Source: Schizochytrium sp. TIO01 (taxonomy: Eukaryota; Protista; Bigyra: Labyrinthulomycetes). From it: 37,169 bases of DNA. The notes beneath the pieces were generated by a model that ran no database searches, had not been told where the DNA came from, and worked only from the letters and a program-made list of their open reading frames with translations. The position numbers and the translations under genes are program-made. The stretch spans positions 1-37,169 of the forward strand of contig SMSO01000031.1 of the NCBI GenBank assembly GCA_004764695.1, given 5' to 3'. Position 1 is the stretch's first letter; every line of letters begins with the position of its first letter. Below, piece after piece: positions 10,901-20,900 of the stretch.

Positions 10901-12790
10901 GACTGTTCTGACTATGCGTTAATGGAGGACAGCGAGACGGCACTAAACACGATTCGATTCTGGCTAGACTCGATACGCTTACATGCGAATGGAGCCAAGG
11001 TTATTCTTGTGGGAACATATCTCGACGCCCTGCAGGATACTAAGGAAGATCTAAATCTCGTTGACACTGAGTTGGAAGTGCTTCTAGCTCAGGCCAACGG
11101 CCTCCATCATGTGAGAAACAAAACAGAGAATCTGAATTTTTACCCTCTGGACAACACCGAACGAAGGGAGCCATTTCGTTGTGAGCTTCTTCGTGAGATT
11201 CTCATGACTACAGCTGCCAAGGAAGAATATGTAAAAGAGAAGGTACCACTGCGGTGGTCTCTCTGTTTCGATCGTATGTTCAGAACTAATAAAGACTACA
11301 TGGAGCTCGATGCTGTGTATGAGCTTGCAAAGGGATCCTGTGGCATTTCAAAAGATGACGCTACAAAGATGCTAGAGTTCATGCACGAGCTGGGGGTAAT
11401 TGTGCATCTCACCTCTACGCCTGCTTTAGCAAACTATGTGATCCTGCAACCTCAATGGCTGCTGGGCAACTTGTCACGAGTAATTTGTGATCCAATGCAT
11501 ATGAAGGCGCATGTGAAAAAAATGAAAGAAGCAGTTACAGAGGTTGAGATACCAACAGATTGGTATGCTGACTTAGAGACTTGGAAGAAACGCGGGGTTG
11601 CAAGTCAATTATTTCTGTCAATGTTATGGGGTCGACCTTTTTTAGTGAAGTACTTTTCTGAACTCATGACAGAAATGCTTCTGGCTAGCAGAAGCCCATG
11701 GATAGGAGACTTGGACGCAGAGGGAGCTTTGTTAATTCCCAGTTTACTAGAGAATATCTCTGAGGATGGGCTCGATGATTTCTTTTCGGAATTTGAAGGC
11801 GCCGCTTTAGTGTATATCGAGTTTGACTTTTTCCCCAAAGGAGTATTTCAACGCTTCGTTGCGAGTATGGTGTCAAATTTCCCTGCAGGGCTCGTTGAGG
11901 TTCAGCAGGTGTACGCAAATGCGGCAAGCATCATATTTGATGGCACTTCTGTCCTCCTGGTTCGGGATGATACTCGACGTCGTATTATCATGTATTTAGA
12001 AAATGATGAAGAAGACGAAAGCAGCGATTTACAGAGACCAATAACAGACATTGTACAACTACTGCACACTCAACTGCAATCAATAGATGAAGCTTTCATG
12101 AAACAGAAATTGAATCCAAGGTTGTTTTTGAGCTGTGACGGTACGACAAATGATGAAAGTTGTGCCTCTATTAGTGTTCTGGCAAAGCGACAGCGCGGTA
12201 AGGTCTTGTCTGTTGGGCTCAAGAAGAAAAAATTGAGGCTGTCATCCTTTCGGTTGTTTTTTGCCAACAGAGATGAGGCCGAAGGGTTGGAATCGAAGGT
12301 AACAGCACGACGAGAGAAGAAGTATGACGTCTTTTTGTCACACGCTTGGGGCGAAGATAAGAAAGTGCATAGGCTTGTATGCCGTGTAAGTGATGAGTTG
12401 CAGAACAATCATGGTATATCATGTTGGCTCGATCGGAACGAGGTGCAGCACGGCGAGATTACTCGTATAATGACTCAGGGTATCGATGATTCCAAAGTGG
12501 GCGTTGTCTTTGTTACACGGGAATACATGGAGAAGGTGAACTCTGACCCTGCGAGGGAAGATTACTGTCGTTATGAGTTTGAGTACCTGGTAAAGAGAAA
12601 GTCCCGAGTTCGCATGATTCCAGTTGTACTTGAGCAAGCTATGACTGGTACAAGCAAGTGGGAAGGCGTTTTTGGCGGTTCGTGGGGAATTAATCCTCTT
12701 TATGTTAACATGACGAGTGGTGGATCTCCAAGTGAGGTTAAGGAGCTCCACGATATGGTTCGTCACGTTCTTAGTGAAATTGAAAAATAA
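4992..12790 (+). CDS. ROCO-family LRR-Roc-COR-TIR protein, 15 exons, predicted 1244 aa
   Basis: Manual GT-AG model, all introns phase 2. Exon 1: 4992-5056 (MSDHPDVVDALEQLRNGATTL). LRR exons: 5390-5473, 5777-5860, 6169-6252, 6542-6625, 6934-7017, 7347-7430, 7732-7815, 8105-8188, 8490-8573, 8875-8958, 9267-9350, 9640-9723, 10025-10108. Last exon: 10213-12790. Total 3735 nt with no stops. Roc motifs GKGGAGKTS, STIG, WDYGGQEVFY, LVGTYLD. COR motif LEFMHELGVIVH..ILQPQWL. TIR motifs YDVFLSH..ISCWLD..SKVGVVFVTREY..YCRYE. Confidence 0.92.
5057..10108 (+). repeat. Tandem array of 13 intron+exon units (373-413 bp), each with one 84-nt, 28-aa ribonuclease-inhibitor-type LRR exon
   Basis: Acceptor caaatcgacag|T CTT and donor |gtaagttgtctacgc recur in the units. 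Consensus xLxxNxIGxEGAKAVAAALKENRSLTSL. Spacings: 387, 392, 373, 392, 413, 385, 373, 385, 385, 392, 373, 385. Confidence 0.97.
12320..12790 (+). other. C-terminal TIR (TIR_2-like) domain of the ROCO protein
   Basis: KYDVFLSHAW, GISCWLD, IDDSKVGVVFVTREYM, YCRYEF with Glu codon at 12575-12577, MIPVVLE. Confidence 0.88.
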
Positions 12791-13530
12791 CGATTATCCT
12801 AAGTTTGAGCAATTGATGTTTCATATATGTTAGTGTTTGCTCTTGCACAACATTGTTTCTCATTCGAAACATTCTACTGCTATTGTGTGAGGCTTTGCTC
12901 CAATTGAACACGGGGTTTGTTTTCTTTTTAAAATTTTATCAAGTAACTTCATTCGATTTTTGTTTTTATTCTTATAATAGGTCTAATTGTCATTTTGAGA
13001 GCAACGATACCCTTTTTAGTGGTAAATCTACTACGAGAAACAGTGTAAATACTTTATATCTTAACCTATAGTACTATGCCGAGCTAGTGAAAACTAGGCC
13101 AATGGATGTTGGCACTACAAACCTGAACCCATTTATCAACTCACACATATACCAGGGCCACTCCTTTCTTATTTCGTGTCTACGTCTCTATACTCATATT
13201 ATCCACGCTTCTCTTCATCAGACCCACTGATGAAGGCTAAATTTCAACTATGTCGTGTATATTATCAAACTCGATTTTCAAAATGTAATTGAACTGAAAG
13301 ACCTGCCAACCCTTTTGACTGTTTGACCAAGGAAGAGAGAGACAGTGCTGAAGGCGATTCGTCACGAGACACTTGTATATGATTACGGTGTGGTCTTGTC
13401 GGGTTATACCTCGAAGTGATGCGCAATTCAAAGGAAGGTTTTATGTTCAATAGGACAAAGTTGAGGAGTGGCTTGCTTCAGGTTAAAGGTCTAGCCTTTG
13501 TAAGTAACTATTGAGTATTCATGTGTCTGT

Positions 13531-15491
13531 AAAATGGTGAACATGTGGGGCACAAGGAGAGGTTTTGCCTTGATCTTTTTAAAATTAAAAACGCATGGTG
13601 AGAAATGTTTGAGCAAGGTGGCTGATGTTCAAACTGGAGTGAAATCACTTTTAATTTTTCATTGTCAATTGTGGACCAGCAGGCTGGGGAACAACAATAT
13701 TGACAACAAAGGTTGCGCAGCGTTGGCGGATGCACTCAAGACAAACCATACGTTGACCATGCTAGAGTGAGTTGACTGTTATACCCTTTGCATGCATGCA
13801 ACAAGAGGGTTAATCATATGATATACTGACAGGAAGCATTGGAATGATTACGATTCTGAGAACAAGTTGTTGTCTTTGGCCGAGTACGGATGCGCAGCCT
13901 TACATCTAACAAAATCAACGACGAAGGATGGGTGGGCTTGGCGGAAGTACTGAAGGAGAACAAGACGGTGGAAACGTTGCTGTGAGTTAGACTAGCAATT
14001 TATCAGGCTATTGCCGGTACGAGAAGTTACCCATTGTAGCTTCTTTTGCAGAGAGATAACTGACTTTGGTATGAATTGACGCATTTTTCTTTTTCAACAG
14101 GATGAATGGAAGCATTGTTGGCGATAAAGGTTGTGCGACGTTTGCTGAGGTACTCCAGAAAAACCATTCGCTGAAAAACCTAGGGTGAGTTGAGCAATCT
14201 ATGTGTCAGACCATTCTGAGAATACACGGGCCTTTGTTCAAATTCTTGGCTGTTTCGAGTGAATATTGAAAGTTTAGAAGCATAGAGTTGCACTTAGAGT
14301 GGCTCCGTACTGATTGTGCAGGAAGACTATTTGTTAAGATAACTGACTTTGATGTATAAATGGAAACAAATGAAATGATTTGCTATTTCGTTTTTGACTA
14401 ATAGTCTGGGTACAAAGTACTTTGATATCACAGGCTTTCGCGCTTTTATGGATGTACTCAAGGAAAACCAGGTTTTGAAAGCGCTATTGTGAGTTGAATG
14501 ATTTTGTTTTTTGGGGGGGGTCTCTGACTGATGCAGAAATGATCAGAGGATCGAAAGAAGTTGTGTAATTACGTGTTTAATTCAAGCAAGTAGAAGGGAG
14601 CGATGCTTGCTTTTTGAAACCATGAGGAAGCCATTCGTGACGCTGTCAGAGGACTAACATTGGGTTGGAACGGGTTATGCCACGCAACAACGTTTTCATT
14701 TTATTGCTAACTGCAATCTAACAGCTTGAGCGCAATGAGCATTGACGACAAGTTTGGTGTGGCTTTGGGTGAGGTGTTGAAGAAGAACAAGGTTCTGACA
14801 GCATTATCGTGAGTTAAACAAGTTATTTTTGGGCACAAAAGTGGTAAGGGTCAAAATCATTGGTGTACACTACTGCGGTTGATAAATATGGAACACTCGG
14901 AAGATATAAGAGAAAATATGGCAATGTCCTTGAAAATTGCAGTTCGATAGCAGAGATCTAACTCTATTCATTATTTGTAAATCGTGTTATAGTATCAATG
15001 GGAAGGACAGGAGCAGCACAAAAGGTCGTGTGGCGGTGATTGAAGGACTTCAGGCGAACCGCAGTATCACAATCTTTGAGTACGTTGAAGAAAAACATGA
15101 AGAATGGGAATTGTTGGCTAACACAATGATTTGTTGATTGATAGACACCCCTGGCGAGGTGATAAAAGCATCCAAAGTGAGCTTGACCTGAATAATCAGA
15201 TTTATGCTGAACAGGAAAGGAAGAAAAATCTTGAACAGGTAGCTCGTGAGCTTCGTTGCATCCATGCCGTGAACGGGACCCTAGCTATGCCGCTTGCAGG
15301 GAAACGTGGCAAACAAATTGTGCAGAGTAGTTTAACTAGCAACACGACCAATGTAGGAGGTAAACAGCAATGCTTTGATGAACAGAAGCTGGAAGTTAGT
15401 CGTTTAGAAGCTGCAAACAGTGTCCTAACGGCTTCATTGGGATTGCTGGGCACGTATCTTTGCTAACCAGATAAATCATTTTCCAATCTAG
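13531..15491 (+). repeat. Segmental duplication copy 1 (~1.96 kb), paired with 21865-23835
   Basis: Colinear, highly similar sequence from aaaatggtgaacatgtggggcac to cattttccaatctag. The ORF translations are near-identical in both copies. Confidence 0.95.
13683..15466 (+). pseudogene. Multi-exon RI-type LRR gene, copy A (5' end not identifiable; partial gene or pseudogene)
   Basis: Phase-2 exons: 13683-13766 (LGNNNIDNKGCAALADALKTNHTLTML), 13898-13981, 14101-14184, 14405-14488, 14725-14808 (all 84 nt), 14993-15079 (87 nt), terminal 15145-15466. AG acceptors and GTGAGT/GTACGT donors. Introns are unique. Confidence 0.8.
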
Positions 15492-15492
15492 T

Positions 15493-15689
15493 TATTGCAG
15501 AGTAGCCTGAGCTGTGAAGCGTGGAGAGGTAGTCTGACAAGGATGACGAACTCAGGAGAAAGAGAAAGAGGATGATATATGAGTTATCGGGGTTTCAGGT
15601 CTGCATACAGGCAGGTTAATGTGTGGATAGGAGAGCTTGGTTAGGTTAGGTTAGGTTAGGTTAGACAGTAGCTGTATATTACTTCAATA
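15493..15689 (-). repeat. 3' LTR (197 bp), termini TATTG..CAATA
   Basis: Direct repeat of 20709-20900. Contains (TTAGG)4 TTAG on +. Confidence 0.95.
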
Positions 15690-15701
15690 CTCCCCCGCAA
15701 A

Positions 15702-18700
15702 TCACGCGTCAGCACCTGAAGCATCAAGTAAGCGACTAGCGTGTTTCCAATGAGATGGTGCTGCAAGTGGTTTGGTAAGTAAATCAGCTATATTTTCTGT
15801 GCCTTTAACATGATGTACCTTGAGTAATTGGTTTTGTCTTCGATGAATCAGTACTGCTAGTTGTACTGCGAGATAACCATTTGTACCATTAACTTCTTCC
15901 TTTTTGATTGTGTTTACTAATGCTTGACAATCTATATATACCTGTATTTCATTGATGTAAATGTTCATGTCTGCTAAAAGTTGTCGAATGGATTCTGCTC
16001 TGAGAACTCCTGCAACTGCAGCAATTAGTTCAGCTTCGTGAGTATTTCTTGCAACTGTAGACTGTTTGGTTGTTTTCCATACAACAGCACTATCATTTAT
16101 CATAACAACATATCCTGTAACACTACGACGAAGTTTGTCATGTGCCTTGCTGAAAGAAGCATCTGTATAGACGTTCAAAACAAGTTGTGCCTCTGAATCC
16201 ACGCCTTTGAGTGTTAGAACTTTGTCCTTTGTGGCCTTGACATAACGGAATGCATGTTTAAGAGCTTGCATATGTTCCGCTCCATTCTTTTGACCATGAC
16301 ATGCAAGTTGGTGTAAAGTGTATGCCATATCCGGTCGAGTTTTTAGTAAATACATTAGAGTGCCGACAAGTGGACGATAGTGTTCATTCACAGAGTCGTC
16401 AGGATGATCACTTAACTCTTTAAGGATGGATGGAGTTTTAGCTCCATTGCAGTTTTCCATATTACATCGCCTAAGGGCTTTTTCACAATACTCGCGTTGG
16501 CTGATGGTACAGACCTTTCGTGACTTGTCATAGACATGTGTATCACTAAGATAATGGCATTGTTTTTCACGATTAACTTTGACGCCGACATTTTGTTCGA
16601 GTTCTTTGACAATCGCTTTGAGTGCTTGGGGCGTGCCAAAAATTCTCATGTCATCAACATGGATAGTCATTAGAAGATCTTTGCCAATAAAGAGTGATGC
16701 GTCCGTTATAGATCGTGTTAAGCCATAATTTTCTAATATAGCCGTCAAATGATCCATCCACCTACGGGGGGCACTTTTGAGTCCATATAGACTTTTACGC
16801 AGACGATAACAATAACCTTCTGCTAAGTCAAGACCTTCAATACCTTTGATGTAGAGGAATTCGTCATCTGGAATTTGTGCTTCTAGAAAAGCGGCTGTTA
16901 CATCAACGGTGATAGCATCATAGCCTCTCGTTAAAGCAATAATTGTTGCAACACGAATGCTTTCAACATTAACTGTTGGTGAGTATATATCATAAACATG
17001 TTCAATGGCCTCATTGTAGCCTTGTACTACAACCCGTGCTTTTAACAGATTGACCGGTGGTGCCTTCTTTGTAAAGACCCATCTAGTTCCCATTACAGTC
17101 TGTCCCTGTGGTAAAGTGTGTAAGGGTACAGTTTCCAGAACACCAGCGGACTGCAGATTGTGATGTTCAGTATTCATAGCAGCGATCCATAGTTGCTGAT
17201 ATGCCTGAGGCAGTTTCCGCATTTCTTTATAAGTGTTTGGAACTACAATGTCGTCATATGGACATGGTTTTGGGACCGGTTTAGGTAATTGTTTATTATC
17301 TGTGTTGGTTTTAATAAGAAAAGCAAAATATTCCTGTTCCCTCGGATATATCGTGGGAATGATTAGTTCATGTAAGTTCTCTTCTTTTGATAGAGAATTA
17401 ATATCCGAGAAATCTAACTCTGTATTCGTCATATTACGTTTTCGTTTCAGACGATTGGTATAGTATCGGTATTTATTTGCAGCGCCTTTGGCACTGGGAC
17501 CAACATTTAGTGGTACATGAGGTTTGGGAGTCCTTTTGGATCTCCGATGACTATCGCGTGCATGGACTGAACTATGTTCTAGTTCCATGTCTTCACGAGC
17601 ATGTTCACTTTTGGATTCACGGTCATCATTATTTACCTCAGAATGACTAACGTGTTCACTATTGGATTCACGGTCATTGTGATTTAGTTCCGGATGACTA
17701 GCGTGTTCACTACTGGATTCACGGTCATTGTGATTTAGTTCCGGATGACTAGCGTGTTCACTACTGGATTCACGGTCATTATGATTTGGTTCCGGATGAC
17801 TAGCGTGTTCACTACTGGATTCACGGTCATTATGATTTGGTTCCGGATGACTAGCGTGTTCACTACTGGATTCACGGTCATTATGATTTGGTTCCGGATG
17901 ACTAGCGTGTTCACTACTGGATTCACGGTCATTATGATTGGGTTCCGGATGACTAGCGTGTTCACTACTGGATTCACGGTCATTATTATATTCTGGGGTA
18001 TTAGGAGTGAGGAAAGATTTAGTATTATTAGCTGTGGAGGATAAAGCAGGTAGATCCTGATACATTTCTCCATCAATTAGTTTATTTGATTCTTCACGTG
18101 TCCAATGAGTAATTAGATCAGGTGTCAGAGCGGTTTCTATTGACATTGCACGCTGACGAGTTTGTTCAGTCAATGCTTGATCGAAAATCTTGACTTCACG
18201 CGTTTGAAGGATGTTGGACTTGTCTTTAGGTAAGACATGTACAGTTCCATGAGTGTAACTATCAGCATATCCAAGGAAAATGCCTAGTTCACCCCTATCT
18301 CCCAACTTTTGCGGAATGGGAAACTTCTTGAACACACATGGTGCTCCAAAAATGTGGAAGTAGCTGTAGTCTGGTGCTTTGCCAAAATGTCGTTCGTACG
18401 GAGATTTCCGATTGCGACTGGAGGCTGTGCGATTCTTGACATGTACAGCATGAGATAAAGCATAGGGCCAATATTTGGCTCCGAGTAATGCAGTTTTTAG
18501 ATTGGAGCGAAGACCATTCATTAGTACTCGATTGATGCCTTCAGCAGGATTTGTAGCATGAGAGTGTGGTGCAGATAGTTTATGTTCCCACCGCATGGTG
18601 TGAAGTGATCTTGCAAACTCTCCGCCTGTAAAATATTTAGCTCCGTCTGTGCGAATGATGATGCGCGAGGTGTTTTTACCTTGGAGCCATGCTTGAGCAA

Positions 18701-19060
18701 AGGTACGAAGGGTCGTGGACACTTGATCAGTGGATTGTATAGGATAAACATATGTAAAGTCTGAGTAAAGATCTCTGTAGACTATGGCATATTTGAACTT
18801 GTTGGGGATGCCTAGAACGTGGAATGGTCCCATCACATCAGCTGTAACAGCTTGTCGAGGAGACTTAGCATATGGTGTGTGAGGTCCTTTTGTCACTGGA
18901 ATACGTTCAAAGTTGGCAACTTTACAATCCATGCATAAGAAGTCGATTTGTGATGCAGGAACTCCTATGGAGGATGCTATGCGTGGAATGGAAGCGTGAC
19001 CTAATTTAAGATGAGCTTCTAGCCAATCTATTCCTTTATAACTGAGTTTTTTGTGCTTTC
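15702..19060 (-). CDS. pol: copia Pol: integrase, repeat linker, reverse transcriptase, RNase H
   Basis: HLKLGH..CMDC zinc motif. DDE triad ADVMGP / RTDGA / PAEGINR. RT motifs KARVVVQG, VDVTAAFL, KSLYGLKSAPRRW, IHVDD. RNase H motifs YTDASF, HEAE, YIDCQ, NIADLLTK. Joined to gag-PR across a frame change near 19040-19060. Confidence 0.95.
17597..17990 (-). repeat. 51-bp coding tandem repeat (DRESSSEHASHPEPNHN) x ~7.5 in the IN-RT linker
   Basis: ggattcacggtcat recurs every 51 bp (e.g. 17664, 17715). Confidence 0.95.
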
Positions 19061-20552
19061 CGTAGTTGCAGAGCGTTAACTTTGGGTGATTTAACAGGGA
19101 TAAGCATTGGGATGTCAGATTGCTGACCGAGTGTAATAACTTCTCCATGTGGAGTGGTCATACGATCGCTATCTTGTGAGAAGAAAAATGAGAATCCTTG
19201 CTGAGTCATAATAGACGTCGACAGTAATGTGTGAGCAAGGGAAGGTGCGTAGTAGACTGTAAGTGTTAAAGGAACAATTCTACCCGACGTTGATCTTACT
19301 CGTGCCTCCACGGTACCTTTTCCTAAAATCGGAACTGAGGATCCTTGAGCTGCATCCATTGATAGTGGATTAATGTTCTCATAGTTTGAAAGTAATGCAA
19401 GATTTGGTGTGACATGCAAATTGCATCCAGAATCTAGTAGGAATCCTTCTGAGGTTGTCTCTGCTGACTTCGGTTCTGATTTTAGATGATTGATTGTCAG
19501 AAGGTTGACACTGAAATTGGCATGAAAAGGTCCTTGATCAAAAGGAGCGTTGTGTAACGCGAGACCTTTGTACGGTGGTGTTGAATTATGACGCTGACGC
19601 TTGTTGTTCGACTTTTGTTGTCGCGATGATCTACGTGGACAAACAGAGGGTCTGTGTCCAACTTGGTTACAGATAGGACAAATTGCTGTCAAGAATTTGC
19701 AGTTTGCCTCAGCATGATTTGAATAACCACAGTGTGAGCATTTATTCCTTTGAGGAAAGGGTTGTTGTGCTCCCCCGGAATTGTTGTTTTGAGATGTAGG
19801 TCGTTTTTGACGCTTGAACTTGTTCCGGGAAGGGTGAAAGGAGTTTGCTTGTAGATGTGTGGGTTCAGGGTTCCCAGCAGAATAGACACTTTTGCCTTTA
19901 AGTGTGCATTGTTGTGCAACTTCCCGTTCCGTGTTTCGTAACTCTTGAAACAATTCTTTACTATACTCTTTGAGTTTAATTGCTTTGCCATAGATCGCAG
20001 TTGTTTGTGGACCCATGTAACGAATACGTGGTAAAAGGTTAAGGATAAACATGTAATCATGTAACATCATGCCAGTAGCTAGCACGTCTAACTGAGTGTT
20101 GTGCAGTTTCAGAAACCATGTCATGACTTCGTCTTCTGACATGTTCTCAAAAGAATTGTTAAGGTATTGCTGAAAACATTGTACGAGTGCTGAAACCTTG
20201 TTGATGTTGATTTCACCAGGCTGTTTCTTAAATGCGATTTGAAGTTGTGCCCAGGCAGCACGTCCTTCACCGCCACGGTGAGATTTACCATATTGTTGTA
20301 GTCGTTCGTCAAAATCTGTGCCAGCTTGATTGCTGAGTAAGGAAGGCGTAAAGTGCACTGTCAAGTAGACGTTGTCTCTTAGGGTCAGTGCAAGCTTCAA
20401 TCTACTGCTAGCTTTTCTTTAAGCTTTCGTAGTTCTTCACGTATGTCTTCATCAGAGTCGGGACTCTGTTTCTTGATGTTCGCCGCTTGGTCCGCAGCTT
20501 CTTGTTTCTTCTTGAGCTTATTGCTCTTCTTGCTGCCTCCAGGAGTCATCAT
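19036..20552 (-). CDS. gag: copia Gag-protease (apparent frameshift near 20415)
   Basis: Two CCHC knuckles (CSHCGYSNHAEANC, CPICNQVGHRPSVC) and protease motif FLLDSGCNLH. Likely ATG at 20552 (MMTPGGSKK..EELRKLKE) is out of frame with the 454-aa ORF at an A-run. Confidence 0.85.
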
Positions 20553-20696
20553 GTTGACTTGCTTGAGGGCTGAGTATAGTTTTCCGTAGGAAGTCTTATT
20601 TCGAAAAAGTTTACTCTATCTCTGATGTTGAGCTCGTCTGATCTTCAAGATGTCTAGGAAACGAGTTGTTACGCTCGAGTCTTCCTGGCGTATCTT

Positions 20697-20708
20697 GGGC
20701 CCATAACC
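20697..20708 (-). promoter_or_regulatory. Primer binding site GGTTATGGGCCC (internal initiator tRNA-Met / half-tRNA type)
   Basis: Immediately inside the 5' LTR. Same sequence type as the Drosophila copia PBS. Confidence 0.85.
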
Positions 20709-20900
20709 TATTGCAGAGTAGCCTGTGCTGTGAAGCGTGGAGAGGTAGTCTGACAAGGATGACGAACTCAGGAGAAAGAGAAAGAGGATGATATATGAGT
20801 TATCGGGGTTTCAGGTCTGCATACAGGCAGGTTAATGTGTGGATAGGAGAGCTTGGTTAGGTTAGGTTAGGTTAGACAGTAGCTGTATATTACTTCAATA
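20709..20900 (-). repeat. 5' LTR (192 bp), termini TATTG..CAATA
   Basis: Direct repeat of 15493-15689. Contains (TTAGG)3 TTAG on +. Confidence 0.95.

Larger units (their letters stand above)
15493..20900 (-). mobile_element. Full-length Ty1/copia LTR retrotransposon (~5.4 kb)
   Basis: 5' LTR 20709-20900 and 3' LTR 15493-15689 differ by one substitution and one TTAGG unit. PBS GGTTATGGGCCC lies next to the 5' LTR and PPT GCGGGGGAG next to the 3' LTR. Domain order gag-PR-IN-RT-RH. Confidence 0.97.

Noticed and set aside
10241-12790. Stand-alone 849-aa ORF starting at GTG
   Set aside because: In a eukaryote this is the last exon of the spliced gene. The frame is open back to the acceptor at 10212.
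17735-18076. Alternative-frame repeat ORFs (MTVNPVVNTLVIRN, MTSVFTTGFTVIMIW)
   Set aside because: By-products of the 51-bp repeat in pol.
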